DNA from: Paraglomus brasilianum
Taxonomy: Eukaryota
Direction of reading: 5' to 3'
NCBI GenBank assembly: GCA_910592345.1
Contig: CAJVPI010000050.1
Coordinates: 1 to 64,000 of the forward strand
Length of the DNA: 64,000 bases
Part shown: positions 12,901 to 26,504 of the stretch, in pieces
How positions within the stretch are numbered: the stretch's first letter is position 1
Layout: each line of letters begins with the position of its first letter
The notes under the pieces: model-generated
The model's database searches: none
What the model saw: only the letters and a program-made list of their open reading frames with translations
What the model was told of the DNA's origin: nothing
Program-made: the position numbers and the translations under genes

Positions 12901-13908
12901 CAATTTAACTGTATAACAAATTACTATTAACCGTCTTTGTTAATAGGAGCAGTTCATCTTTGTCGACTTGTTGAAATATACGAAAACTATCAGATGTGCA
13001 TGTTGACAATAGTGAAGGCAATAGTAGTATTAAATTACCGATTGTAAGAGCAGCGATGCTGCAAGCAGTTTGGAGGTCATTCATAGAATTATTCAAATAT
13101 ATTATTGCACTTGATCGTTATAATCAACGAATGACATAGATGGATTTTTTAAACAATTAATCACGTGTAATTGATCAAATGTTAACCCTCATTCCCCTGT
13201 ATCTACCTAATCGACAAGAAGTGAACTAACAAATACAGTTTTGGAAAGGAAAGGAGTGGTTTAGAGTAGCATTATGTTGGACGTCTATCTTGTCAACCTG
13301 GAGATACATTCTCCTACGTTTACATCATGAAGAAAATTTTATTGGTCACCTGAGTTTGCAATATTAATGTCACATGAACAGCTCGAAGAATCGCATAGAG
13401 CAGTTCACAATTATCGTTATCGCATCTACAATTTTTAGAACTCGGCTCTCGCCAACCTCTTTTCACACCTCATGATCTCAGTGGCCTTCTTTCGGTTGCT
13501 CTATTAATTTTCGATGAAAACTTTCTAATAGTGACATCTCGCTTATTGCAGTATTGTCTCGCCCCTATGGTAACGAGATCTCGCAACTTTGGATAGATAT
13601 AACCTCGTCATGGAGCATTCTTGGTAAGATTTTTCTTCTTAATGTTAAGGAGAGCGTCGAGGTCTCAAAAGTATGGTATTGTAGCGTTTTGGATATCTCT
13701 CGTAGAATATATGATGGATATTCCAGCCAATAATCATCCCAGTAATTTATTGTTATTATTATTATTATTTATTATGTTTACTTTCTCTGTAGCACTGCCC
13801 ATATTAGTTGATAACTTGGGCCAATAGTAATTGATTTGTGAAAATTTTGACCCCTGAAATTAGGGTGTTATTCACTTGTACAAAGTCTTTTCATTCCAAG
13901 CTGTGGGG

Positions 13909-14622
13909 ATGACGAATTCGACTCCATCGGATCCAATACCTCAGCCAAACGTCTCAGAACATTCACCATCAGACTCAGCAGCACTCATCCTCAAAGTAGC
14001 AGCCGCTGTCTTTCTAACAGGATTTACGGGGACTGTATATTCTACGTATGAGCGAAGTAATGCTATCTCGATTGGCGTCCAGAGTAGTGCTCCGATTATC
14101 TGATGATTCTTATTCCAAGTTTGACATTGTTTTCTTTTTCAGCAAAAAAGGAACTATCAAAGAATGCATTGCCGTTAGGAAAAAGAATCAGTCCTCCAAT
14201 GTCATACAAACAGGCTTCTCTGTTCTCGTTTAAAGCATTCCTCCTTGGGACTACACTGTGTTTGTCCGGGTCCGGTATACTAGTGCTTGGGATTAGTTCG
14301 GCTTTAGGGGTCTCTAGTGTAAGTGAATGTGAACAGAATGTTGCCGTATCAGTAGGACGATCCGACTTTCAATAAAACTGAATCACTAATCGTGTTATAG
14401 TTTCACGAATTCAATCAAAAGATGCGTCGGACAATATCATATCACACACCGTCGTTACAAGAAAGACTTGCAGCTGCTGATACTGAAACTGACATTAAGG
14501 GCTTTACTGATTTTTCTAACGAATGGGAGAAAATGAAAAGAGAAGCTGCTGATCAGCGAAGACAAAAAGAGGAAGAGCGGGAGAGAAAACGAAGGGAGGG
14601 AAAGTGGTGGTGGGAAGACTAG
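13909..14622 (+). CDS. TMEM242/DUF1358-like small membrane protein; 3 exons
   Basis: Spliced reading ..AAVFLTGFTG..KAFLLGTTLCLSGSGILVLGISSALGVSS|FHEFNQKMR.., with GT-AG introns at ~14057-14142 and ~14319-14400. Confidence 0.65.
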
Positions 14623-15383
14623 AGAACAATAGACCGTGTTAATATCTACTCGATTAAATCTTTCGTTACATATAATATACAGCAATCATCCTACAGTGAT
14701 ATTGGACTGTACGAGTGCCGAGTGAAGAATGGATGACGTCACATACTCTGATGTTTCTATGACTGATCATTGTGATAAATGCGGGCTAACCACAAAAAGC
14801 CTCTGGGTAGGTAAGTAACGAATACCACTGAGGATTTGTTATTGTCAAATCACTGTTTGATCAGCGGAGCACAAAGCTGTGGGGGTGAGAACCTTCTGTC
14901 GCAGAACAACAATAGTAATTAATAGAGAGAGTTTTGGCATCGTGGGTTGTAACAGGGAAGAAACTAGGGTTTCGCTAAAAATCGCCAATTTGATATTCAG
15001 CCGCATTTGTTAGGTAAAGATTGTTTACTAGCAACCACGTTGTCTTATTATGTGAGAATGTTGTACAACATGAACAGGGATCGGAGCATAGAATTCAGAT
15101 AAGACACACACATACAAACCATGTAGTATCCTTGCTCTTATTCTCGACCGTTATTTTGTTATTTACAACCACCACATTAAAGTACGCCTATAGTCATTTC
15201 CGATAATAGTCGAACAAGCTACCCAACCTTGTATGTAACAATTGCACAAACATCACGCGGATCACAAACAATTGAATTGTTAATGCTGTAATGCAACAAA
15301 CAATGTTCCAACTTATAAATACCTGCAGCATACATCTCTCCTGATTAAGTTTCTCGTTTCGCATATCCAATTCAGACAACCAA

Positions 15384-17581
15384 ATGGGCAATTCAAATTC
15401 TCGTTTCCATTTCCCATCAAAGTCTTCCCGCCGTAAGAAAAGACCCCAGCTCTCTCCCACTGCAAGTCTCACAACTCTAGCAGAGACTACTCAGTTTGCT
15501 AGACAGCCATCGGAGAATACTAGAGTAAAGTTGAATTACTATTGCGATAATGAATGGGAAAAAGTATGCGAGAATGGAGTAGAAAATTGTGAGGCCGGCA
15601 GCAAACTAGAGTTGGCTGAATTGGACAAGTACTCGTAAGTATTGCGTTCTCGAGACGTAATATGGGAAACCCGCTAACGCACGCGAACGAGACACAGTCA
15701 AGAGCCCCAAAGCAGAGGATAAAGAAAGCTAATTGTTATCATCCCCCGACTGCTTTTTCATCGTTATACCACGTGTTCATTGTTATCATGTGATTCTTTA
15801 AAACAGTGAAACATTTAGAGCAGATTCAAAGAATAAACTGGTGCTGAATGCAATCGCCGAGAATGACATAACCAAAGTACTCTTAAGAAGAGATGTGAGT
15901 ATACAACGTGATTTTGTTGAGGCTTACAAATTGGAACTATAATTGATTGCAATCTTTGGTTCATTTGTTCAGATAAGGATTGCTGACTTGCACACATTTA
16001 GTGAGAAGCTTGAAATAGAGGGGAAAGCCACGGATCAAAAGGCATCCGGGAGATGTTGGTTATTCGCTGCTACGAACGTATTACGGTTGCATATTATAAA
16101 GAAGTACGTAGGAATAAAGTTTTTAAGTCGACGCGACCAATTATCTATTTATTAGTATTATCAATACCAACAGACTATTGTTTTATTTAACTGATATTTA
16201 ACCTTTGAATCCTTCTTGCGCTTTCTATTTTAGATATAATCTCGAGGATTTCGAATTATCGCAACCGTACTTGTATTTCTACGATAAGCTGGAGAAATCA
16301 AATTGTAAGCAACAAATGACATTCCGGGAACTGCTTGCTAGCTTATTTTCTCTGTTTATCACCATCATTCTCTGTTCTTCTCATCATCGCTTTCTTTTCC
16401 TACTCGTCGTCAACCTCTAGGGTTTCTCGAAAACATGATTTCACTCGTCGACGAACCAATTGAATCTCGTCTAGTCCAATATCTCCTATCCGATCCAATT
16501 TCTGACGGCGGGCAATGGGATATGGTGCTCAATTTGGTTGGCAAATATGGCGTAGTTCCGAAAAGCGCTTTCCCTGAAACCTACCAATCCTCAAACTCAT
16601 CTCGTTTGAACTCTATTCTCACGGCAAAACTAAGGGAATATGCGCTGGAAATAAGAGAATTAAACAAGCTTGGAAAGAACAGTGACACGATGAGACAGAC
16701 AAAGAAAAAGATGATGGAAGAAATCTATAGAATTGTTGCAATTGCACTGGGTGAGCCGCCCAAGGTATTTGATTGGTGCTTCAGAGATAAAAAGGGCAAG
16801 TTTTGGGAATTCACCAACTTGACGCCCGAAAAGTTCTTTAATGAATTCATTGGATATAAGGTAAGCTTAGTAATGGCGGAGGGTCGGACAAGGATATCGA
16901 TATCCAAGGAGCCGCGCGAAAAGTGAATTGTGTGTTGCTCACGAAATATCATAATGAGGTTGCATATTCAATCTTTGAGCTGCTCTCATTATTTTCTCAA
17001 TTCTATCCTAGGCATCCGAAACGTTTTCTTTGATAAACGATCCCCGTAATCCCTACTGCCGTCTATACACAGTAGCCTATCTCGGTAATGTTTCGGGTGG
17101 AATTCCAATCCGCTATGTCAACATACCCTCTTCCAAAATGCAATCCATAGCCATCTCGGTCTTGCGTTCCAAGAAACCCGTTTGGTTCGGAGCCGACGTT
17201 GGAAAATTCTCCAACTCTCTCCTCGGAATTCTCGACAACGACATTTATGACTATTCTCTTGGATTTAATATTCGCTTCAACATGAGCAAGGGAGACAGAT
17301 TGCAATACGCCGAGTCTGCGATGACTCACGCAATGGTATTCACGGGTGTACATTTGGAAGATGGCAAGCCTGTTAGATGGAGAGTGGAAAATTCGTGGGG
17401 TCAAGATAGAGGGGATAAAGGATACTTTGTTATGTCGAATGATTGGTTCCATGAATGGGTTTATCAGATAGTGGTTGAGAAGGGAGACGTGGAAAAAGAG
17501 GTGGCGGACATATTAAATCAGGAACCCGTAGTATTGCCTGCATGGGATCCGTTGGGGTCACTAGCTATTAGAGACAGTTAG
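15384..17581 (+). CDS. LAP3: Bleomycin hydrolase / cysteine aminopeptidase (peptidase C1B), multi-exon
   Basis: QKASGRCWLFA (catalytic Cys), ELSQPYLYFYDKLEKSN, DGGQWDM, MTHAMVFTG (His), VENSWG (Asn) and C-terminal WDPLGSLA. Confidence 0.95.
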
Positions 17582-18036
17582 ATAGGGACGTTGGTCTCTA
17601 GTATTATAAAGATAAATTAAGTTTTGTGTATACTTTCTGAATAAATAATTTTTGGGCATGTCTTTTTTTTTTTCGAATAATTTGGTACGGTGTTTTTACG
17701 AATTGGAAAATACCGCAGTGAAGATATGCAGCTTTACGCTTATCTGGATGTCATCTATTCGCTACAAGTTTATATAGAAAGAGTTCCTTTTTCTTTTGAA
17801 TATCTTTATTAATGTTCTGGGGGCATTTGAAAATACGTCCTAGTTTAAACTTGTCATAGTCATAGTCATAGTCGCGTTTTTTACTAGCAACACGTCTACG
17901 ATTGGGCGTTAAAGGTTTGCAGATAAAATTTCACATGAACGTTTCGCTGGTTAAATCTCTGGGCCAGAATTCTTCCATTCACTCGTTCCAGGAGTGTTAC
18001 CTTTAGTTTGGTCTTCGAGTTATTTGCCTGGGTTAC

Positions 18037-18037
<1 letters not shown>

Positions 18038-18082
<45 letters not shown>

Positions 18083-18090
18083 GTAATAGT
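18038..18090. repeat. (AAT)n microsatellite
   Basis: Perfect AAT run. Confidence 0.95.
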
Positions 18091-18425
18091 TACTTAGCTC
18101 GTACTTGGGAGATATTCTTTAGCTTTGATGAAGATGGAAATATCGGGTGCAATACGTCTAGTGTCATATAACAAGGAATGACCAGACAAACTTTTTGGCT
18201 TCTAATGTAATCTCCGAATTATCAATAAAGAAGGTAGTAACACAACCGTTTTGCATTCTCTGTACTAGTATAGAGAGAATCTTTCTAAGATGCCTGTCTA
18301 TTGGAGTCTCTTTGTAAGTTTTTTTTCCTCCAACAAAACATACTTTTCGATAATCAAGGTAATAAATACATATGTATTATTTCACTGCGCAAAGAGCCCA
18401 GAATGCGGTCCCATAATAATAACGA

Positions 18426-19104
18426 TACAGAGACCTCTAAGTGCACGTCGTGCAAGCGATTTTGAGTCCCAAAAAAGGTCAGCCAATTAATCGCCGTGAT
18501 TTCAATGCAATAGTGACATTAGTTTACTTATTAGTACTAGTAAATTATAAATACACTCGCTCTCGCTTACAAAACTGTAAATATATTGACATAAGATATT
18601 TACTAAAATAGTAAAAATTTAAATCTCATTTTCCAAATTAAGCGAAGATGACATAAACGCCATAATAATACATTGTAGTAAATAGTTGCTGAAGAAGTTC
18701 CCGACAACGACCACGAACTTGTATATCTCTTTAAAAGGATACTGATCATACGGATGTAGACGACATAGATGATAGTGAGGAAAGTCCTGTTATTAGCGCT
18801 AGCACAGCAATCAATAGTACATGCCTTTCTTTTACAACAGGACAATGTATACCTCTACAAAATATTGAGGAGTTTGTTGAAGCCAGGAAAACAAGCTCAA
18901 TGCGTCAAACTAACATTGACACGTATTTTTCTTAAAGTGTAGTCTGACTTCGATGTGATAGTATAATTTTGATAATAAGATAAAATAATAAAAAAGTCAC
19001 TATTCTGTGCAACAGTTTTCTGGTTTTCTATTCGTTATTCTATAAGTGCACACCCTCACTAACGTCAAGTCCCGAGAGCGTGCACTTATAGAGGTCTCTC
19101 TGTA
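18426..19104 (+). mobile_element. Non-autonomous pogo/Tigger-like element
   Basis: TA-flanked imperfect TIRs TACAGAGACCTCTAAGTGCACG / CGTGCACTTATAGAGGTCTCTCTGTA. An internal acidic tail DDIDDSEESPVISASTAI..MRQTNIDTYFS* carries a pogo-type PIP box. Confidence 0.75.
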
Positions 19105-20411
19105 ATAGATATTATTCGTTTGGTCACGTCGCGTCTTTGGATACACGACAAAATTTCCCGAGAAAAATATGATTGGCTGTCGGTATCAATTTGAAATGAT
19201 ACGTGAATAGCCCTCGAATCTTATTTAACCAGAACTGCACCCAGTTTCGTATCATACTTGGGTTTTTTGAAATCAAACCACTCCGTAGTTGTCAAAACGC
19301 CTCCGTTGTCAGAAGATTGGAAGGGACTCAACGGCGCGTGGTACAGGCGATATTTGCAAACAGCAACAAGATTGAATTTACCAATGGCGCCAATCGCAGA
19401 AGATGTAAATATGCTAGCCCGAGTAATAGCAAGCACCCCTCTTGGCAGGTTTACCTGAATCCAGAGTATAGGCATTTTTCCTAGCCTTACTAATTGCGAC
19501 TTGGTTCTATTTTGTTCGACTTTAATATCATAAAGCTCCGTATTGGGAGGAAGTGATAGATGAACACAAGGTGGGTGAGAAACCTTTTTTGTGCATGTGT
19601 TAGTTTATAAGCAAAGCCATCTGACTGTATACTTAAATCATTAGAGGTATGTTGCTATTGTTTTTTGTTCATTTAATTACCACCAAATATCTAACTCATA
19701 GATCAAATGTAGAATAAAGCACTTGAAACAGAGACTACGGTGAAACAACTGTTTTCAGAAAATACAAGTGGTAAAAGACGCCGAATTGCATCGGAGACGG
19801 AAACAAGAATCGCACCCCACATCCCAAAATAAGGCATTGATCACTGAATGTTTGTTCTAACCAATAAAAAATGTTGTATTAGTGATCGATATAAAGCACA
19901 CGCGTTTTTGACTAAACAGCAATTCACAACCGACATGTCGGCCGTTATACAAACGTTAACCCAAAATTTGTCATCAATCCAGTATACTGCTATACTCATC
20001 TACGTTTTACCAAAGATTCAAATCGGGGGTTTTTTGTGTCTTATGCACAGGATGCGCGCTTCCCATTCTGACGTTTCAGTCCTATCATCCACTTAGACGT
20101 AATCATTTTCAAAGAACTATAGGAGAGAATGTATGCTCTAATTTACTTCCCTTATTTTGTTTGATGATAGAGTCGTAGAGTTTTGGTAGACCCAGTCTAG
20201 GCGTGTGCTGCCTTCAACACGGTGCCTGAAACTTTGAACATGAATGTTCATGCTTTAGGAACTGATGAAAAGTCTGCTACAGCTGACAAAGCACAGAAGC
20301 TTTTCGTCGAATCGAACCATCAAGAAAATACATCTTTTGCATCATTTTCTAAGCAAAAATTTGAAACAACGGACTTTATGAAAACGCCATTATCGAATTT
20401 GAATTGAGCAT

Positions 20412-20532
20412 ATGCTATTCAATTTTACTTACCTGCTGATCGGAATGGGGTACGTGTACATTTTGTGCTCAATCGTAACTATAATGAGCAGTAGCATCAA
20501 CTTTACAATACGTGTATCAGCTTTACCTCTCG
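20412..20532 (-). mobile_element. Dispersed Sola1-like/DUF7869 transposase fragment (copy 1)
   Basis: Similar to 50575-50692. The minus strand reads CKVDATAHYSYD*AQNVHVPHSDQQ, followed by a GTAAGT donor. Confidence 0.55.
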
Positions 20533-21445
20533 CCATAAATGCTCATTTATTAATTTTCTTTGTTCTTCTGCTAATTTTGTATTTTGTTGTAATAAATTCT
20601 CTCTAATTTAGCCTTAACTAAATGTTCTTTGTATTTTTTCAGTGAATCTCTTGCTTTTTTTTTCCTTACGATAAAGGCTGGTGGAATTAGCTTTCTGAAC
20701 AATGTAACGGACTATGCTGTCGTACCGGAGAAAAAGATTCTTGACGACGACGACAATCGATATTGATAACTCGCTTTATGAACGTATTTAAACGACTGTC
20801 AGTCTGACCATGCGAGACATGATTTTGCAGCTTTCTTAATATATTACAAAATTAGATGGACATGCCGAATTTTATCTTTATGTACGAGGCGATTACCACT
20901 TGAACAAAAATTGTTTCTTCTTCACATTTTATACTAACATATCCATTGTAAAGTGCGTACTCAATTGAACTATACCTCAATTCTGTAACAAGTTTAGAAT
21001 ACCAGTGCTGTAATTTGCCACAATTTATTTTGTCTCTTGCATGTGTGCTGTTTCCTCTTTTTTTTATGCATCACATTGGGTCATCCAGTTTTATGTTGAA
21101 TAACCTCTTGCACTAATAATATTAACCGATTACAATACAACAAAGTTTTTGCATCATAATTTGCTTACTTCACATGTCTTTCAACTAAAGCTGATATATT
21201 TTGCAAAGCCATTCCCATTCAGTCAAATTATGCGACTGCATAGCTAAATTTGGAGAAAGCTTTCAATTGGGTTAAAAGGCCTGTCCCAAAATCTTTTTGC
21301 ACTAAAAATTTTTATTCGAATCTACATATCCTTTCGCAACGTAAAACAGGTAATGTAATCGAATAGATTGTGAAAAGAGAGCGGGTAATATAATTTATGA
21401 GGGTTGGCGCAGTGATGTTCACAGTAGGGATTGCGAATAAGGAGG

Positions 21446-21580
21446 CAATCATTTCATCGACAATCATTTCACTGACAATCATTTCACCGACAATCATTTC
21501 ACCGACAAATATTCACCAACACTATTTCGAAGTTATCCTTTTTTGGTAGTTGATTGTCGATGAAATAATACGGACCCGTG
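21446..21580. repeat. 15-bp tandem repeats (CAATCATTTCACCGA x4) plus one inverted copy; probable MITE end
   Basis: Direct repeats at 21446-21507. An inverted unit TTGTCGATGAAAT lies at ~21554. Confidence 0.7.
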
Positions 21581-23221
21581 AATAAGCTGGTTATTACTCA
21601 TAAGTATTGCGTTATTATTTTTCCTGCCATGCTGATCTAAATATCAAAATTAATTTGTCATTAGTATTAGGGATTTGTAATCATTAAGTATTGTATAATG
21701 TAATTCTAATTTATTAATGAATTTGGAGTTGATGCCTCAAATCTACTGCACAATTTATAACAACATTTTGGTTACATTAACTTTAGGTTATTTCACATAT
21801 CACTCAAATCATAATGCAATGCAAACTTAAATTTGCCATGCGGATATAATAACAGGTTCATCACTTATTTTTACATATGTATCAGGTATCTGTAAACGCG
21901 ATTGGGTAGGGAATTAGGGAATAATAAGTAAAAATAATATAACTATATATTTTCGCTGCATTCTAATGAACGAAAGGTTCCAAGGCCCAAAACAAGGCCA
22001 CTAATACATATTCGATTTGGTATTGGCCAGCAGATTATTCAGTTTGAACGAACGCTTCGTGATAGAGATAAGCTAACAATCATATTATTATATTCCAATG
22101 CTGCAGGTACTGTACTTGATTCGCTGCATGCAGTTCCAAGAATCATTCTCTTTCGCGGACCTCACCTCATACAGCAGTTGCGCGACCTCTCTAGTAATGT
22201 CAAGAATTCAGTATAGCAATACGGATGATGATGTCAAACTTCAAAAGCTTGCTAACTTTCATTTACTGCTTATCACTTGAAGCACGCCGTGTAAGATGAC
22301 ATCATATGGTTGTAGTGATATTTGAATGATACCTTAATTAGCATAGATACTGTTATTTACGGTATAGATGATGATAAAGTGGGAGGGGAGCGGGTCAATA
22401 AAATGCCAAGAGAAAAGAAAAAGAAGTTGTTGTGTTCATTCTACAATAAACTATTGTCAACGGGAGTACATTAGATTGGATATTTTTTGAGTTTGGAAAG
22501 CTATCTATTTTTAGAAGTTAATGATACTATTTATGTTAACTTGCTACTTAATGTAAAGCAAAAGCTTTTTTATAGATTATCGTTTGTTCAATCAGTGTTT
22601 GCCTATTACTATTACTATTACTATGCTACCATCTCTGGGTTCTCTATGTTCCAGTTCTTGTAAATACACTATTCTTAATTCTGATCACCAAGATTATAAT
22701 ACCAACAAAACAATCCGACGACAACAACATAATAAACAACATAATAAACAGCATAAACAAGAAGACTAATTTGTCAATAGCTGGTTTTTTTTAGGTTTGT
22801 GTGTTTGCATTCAAACACTATTATGTTTGTTTCCGTTCCGCTAAAAAAAAAAAGTCGGCATCCCAAAAGAGTACGTTACATTACATTGCATACAAGCCAT
22901 CTCAGATATTTCTCTTGCTATCTATCGAACTACAACTTGTGTTACTAGCGTCGTTTACATTTATGACCAAATACCTGTTTATCGGAGATATCTTGATGAA
23001 TGGCCGAATAAAAATTAGGTTTGAAGGGGAAGGGAATACAGAACAAACAGTGAACGTGTACATCTGATACCGATAATAAATCCCGTGACAGAAATTAGCT
23101 CGTTAATGATTGCTTGGCAGTCCTGCACTCTATCTGAGTGACATCTTCCATCTGCATGTTCTATTTATAACTCTTCTTACCGTGTTCCGTTTGACTGATT
23201 GACAGCTGATTATTCGTTAGA

Positions 23222-23645
23222 ATGTAGATAAGTAGATAAGTAGTAAGTAGTATGTGGTGTAAGTAGTGTGTATGTATGTAGTGTGTGTGTAAGTAGTGTG
23301 TGTGTAAGTAGTGATGTGTAAGTAGTGTGTATGTATGTAGTGTGTGTGTAAGTAGTGTGTGTGTAAGTAGTGATGTGTATGTAGTGTGTATGTATGTAGT
23401 GTGTGTGTATGTAGTGTGTGTGTATGTAGTGATGTGTATGTAGTGATGTGTATGTAGTGATGTGTATGTAGTGTGTGGTGTACTACTTAGTATAGTATGT
23501 ATGTGGTTATTCTACTTAGTATGTGGTTATTCTACTTAGTATGTGGTGTACTATCTTAGTATGTGGTGGTACTATCTTAGTATGTGGTGTACTATCTTAG
23601 TATGTGGTGTACTATCTTAGTATGTGGTGTACTATCTTAGTATGT
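23222..23645. repeat. Compound G/T-rich tandem array
   Basis: GTAGTGTGTGTGTA(A/T)-type units at ~23250-23480, then 20-bp TATGTGGTGTACTATCTTAG x5 plus 2 variant copies at 23500-23640. Confidence 0.9.
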
Positions 23646-24448
23646 ATGTTATCTTACTTATTACGTATATGTATTGCACAGTATACTGATACTGTTATTA
23701 TTACACCTATTACACCTATCACTGTTATTATTGTTGTTGTTACGTTACGTTACGTTACAGTTTGTATTTTATATGACATTTTATGACATTATCGTAATAT
23801 TATATACTTTTACATTACCTTTAATGTTATTCATTACATGAATGTTTCATGTCACACGTAAACTGCCTTTATTTGAATTTATTACGGATTAGCTCAAGCC
23901 ATTATACTGCACATATTAATCGTACCTTATTCGCTATATATATGGCTATATTTATATATATATATACACAACCCACTTCCCCCTCCACAAAAACGAAAAA
24001 TGCTTTAGAGACACAAAGCTACTTTATTATTCAAACACCTTTTCTTTGGTAAGTACATTGAAGAGATTTCATAAAGTCAAACCATGAGAACGAGAGAGAC
24101 ACGAAGAGACCGGAAACACCATGTCGTGTTTGTCGTAGAAACAAATCTGACATATACAATCTATTCCCTTCGTCTCTCTTCTCTTTAATCTCCCCCCGCA
24201 ATCTTTACCCCCCTCATCACCACATTGTTGGGTGCGATCAGTCAGCATTTCAACCATTCTTCCTTTAAAAGCTTTTGCTCTCACCAAATGCTTGACTTGT
24301 ACTTTGTCAATCATTCATGTAGATAAATGTACACTTTGCCCCCACCCCCAATGAATCTTGCATTCTCCATCTCCTTTCCCCTTTGCTACTCAATGTCTAA
24401 CTGTTCTTCTTCTTCTTTCTTTCTTTCCTATCACTAGTACCCATCCAA

Positions 24449-25010
24449 ATGCCTCCAAATCTACCAGAAGAATTCCCCACAACTAGCGCAACAGCAACAG
24501 CGACATCGGCTTACACTGCAGTAGATTCCTCATACGCACCAAAGAGAAAGCCTTCACGCCGGGATTATAATTATAATAAACAAGACTCGAATCATTCTAA
24601 TAATACCCATCAAGAAACAAATAATAATAGAAAAAAGGGTACAAACGATACAATTGCTAAAGATATTACCTTTAATAATACATCAAACACAAACAACTCG
24701 AATTCCAACCACACTGCCGCAGAGTTCGGCAATCTCCAACAATTATCACAACCAATGGCAACTGCTGCTATCACTCCAACACCCTTGACCTATTCGCCTA
24801 GACACAGGTCGAACACCATCAACAAATATGGTGGAACTGTATTTGGAGCTGCCATACAGCACGAGAAAACCGGAAATGGAAATTCAAACTCTGTGACAAC
24901 CGAAGCAATTGCACCAAAAGCGGCATCCGGAATAGCATTACCAAACATACCGACTACCATATCCACACTATCACATCTACAGCAGCAGCAACAACAACAG
25001 CAGCAGCAGC

Positions 25011-25044
<34 letters not shown>

Positions 25045-26504
25045 GAAACAACAACAACAACAACAGAAACAGAAACAACTTCCTCCAACTCTTCCTCCAC
25101 CTTCATCTCCCAATTCCTCATCATTAAAATCAAATCGAGATTTATTCGTCACAGTAGAAGACGATTCAACTCCCGATATAACTCGATCCTTCATCTCGTT
25201 TCCGGATACGTCAATACCAAAGCCTACGCTCAACATGTCATCACCCGGTTTATTGGTCCTTCTTACCCAAGCGATTGCTTTGTTCTCGTCCTCTGTGAAT
25301 ACTTCTCAACTGTCCTTGTTCTTCTCGTCTATTACTTCTCAACTGTCCATGTTCTTCTCGTCCTTTACATCTTTCCAATCCATCAAAACCATAAGATTTA
25401 TTTTTCTCTGTATACTCTGGTATGCCTCATCGGCAATAACAAACAACATTGGTAAATCCCTTTTGAACGCATTCCCTTACCCGGTCACGCTCACATGGAT
25501 ACAATTTGGCTTTGTTTCGTTGTATTGTCATATACTCGGTCGGCTAGGATTCACAAGGATTCGAAGGTTGACAGTGGAAATTCTTAGAGAGACTGTGCCG
25601 TTGAGTGGGTTTCAGATTGTCGGTCATGGGTTCTCGAGCGTAGCTACTAGCCAAGTACCCGTTAGTTTTGTGCATACGATCAAGGTAAGAAGGGCGAAAA
25701 ATAGATTGGTATAGTAATGTGTATATACGTAAAATACACATTTGTATATAGCATTGCTATGAAATTATACTTATCCCTTCCTTTTATTTTGTTCTCTAGG
25801 CTCTGTCGCCCCTCTTTACAGTCACCTTTTATAGAATCATTTTCGCTGTAACATACTCATCAGCCGTATACTTTTCTCTCATCCCTCTTACCATCGGTGT
25901 CATGCTTGCGTGCTCTGTGACGACATCGTCCTCTTTCATTGGCTTTCTCTTTGCAATGGGATCGACAGTAATTTTTGTTGCTCAGAACGTGTTTTCCAAG
26001 ACGCTGCTGCGGAGACCGGATATGCCTGGAGAAGAGAAATTGGACAAGCTGAATTTGATGTTCTTTTCAAGTACCATAGCTTTCGTACTGATGGTACCAA
26101 TATGGGCTTGGTATGAAGGCTTTGCATTTGGTGGATTTCTTCTTTGGGGTGGGGATCTGGGTGTAAGCGCGAGCGTTTCTGCCTGGACAATACTCTTTTA
26201 CTTTTTTTTGAACGGTACAACTCACTTTTTCCAAAACACGCTCGCATTCAATATTCTTGAGATTACTTCGCCAGTTACATATTCGATCGCTTCATTGGTT
26301 AAGCGAATTTTTGTTATCACTGCGAGTATAATATGGTTTGGACAAAAGACCACATTTATTCAAGGAGTTGGAATCCTTTTAACATTTATTGGGTTGCATT
26401 TATATAACCGAGCAAAAGGGGATGTAGACAAAAAGGAGAGAAAGGTTGCAAACGGAGGGGAGAGGTTACCGATGACGAGAATGAGATCGAAATCGATCAA
26501 ATAG
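24449..26504 (+). CDS. Triose-phosphate transporter family / SLC35E1 (Sly41-like) protein with a long polyQ N-terminus; exons 24449-25684 and 25800-26504
   Basis: LWYASSAITNNIGK, FPYPVTLTWIQF, VPVSFVHTIK|ALSPLFTV, SPVTYSIASLVKRIFVI. Confidence 0.92.

Noticed and set aside
19200..19580. Short protein-like reading (..WKGLNGAWYRRYLQ..)
   Set aside because: Fragmentary, interrupted by stops, and no family recognised.
23500..23640. 20-bp repeats as a CRISPR array
   Set aside because: The units are head-to-tail with no spacers, there are no cas genes, and the context is eukaryotic.
24790..25236. 148-aa poly-Cys ORF
   Set aside because: It is antisense to the polyQ tract of the transporter gene.
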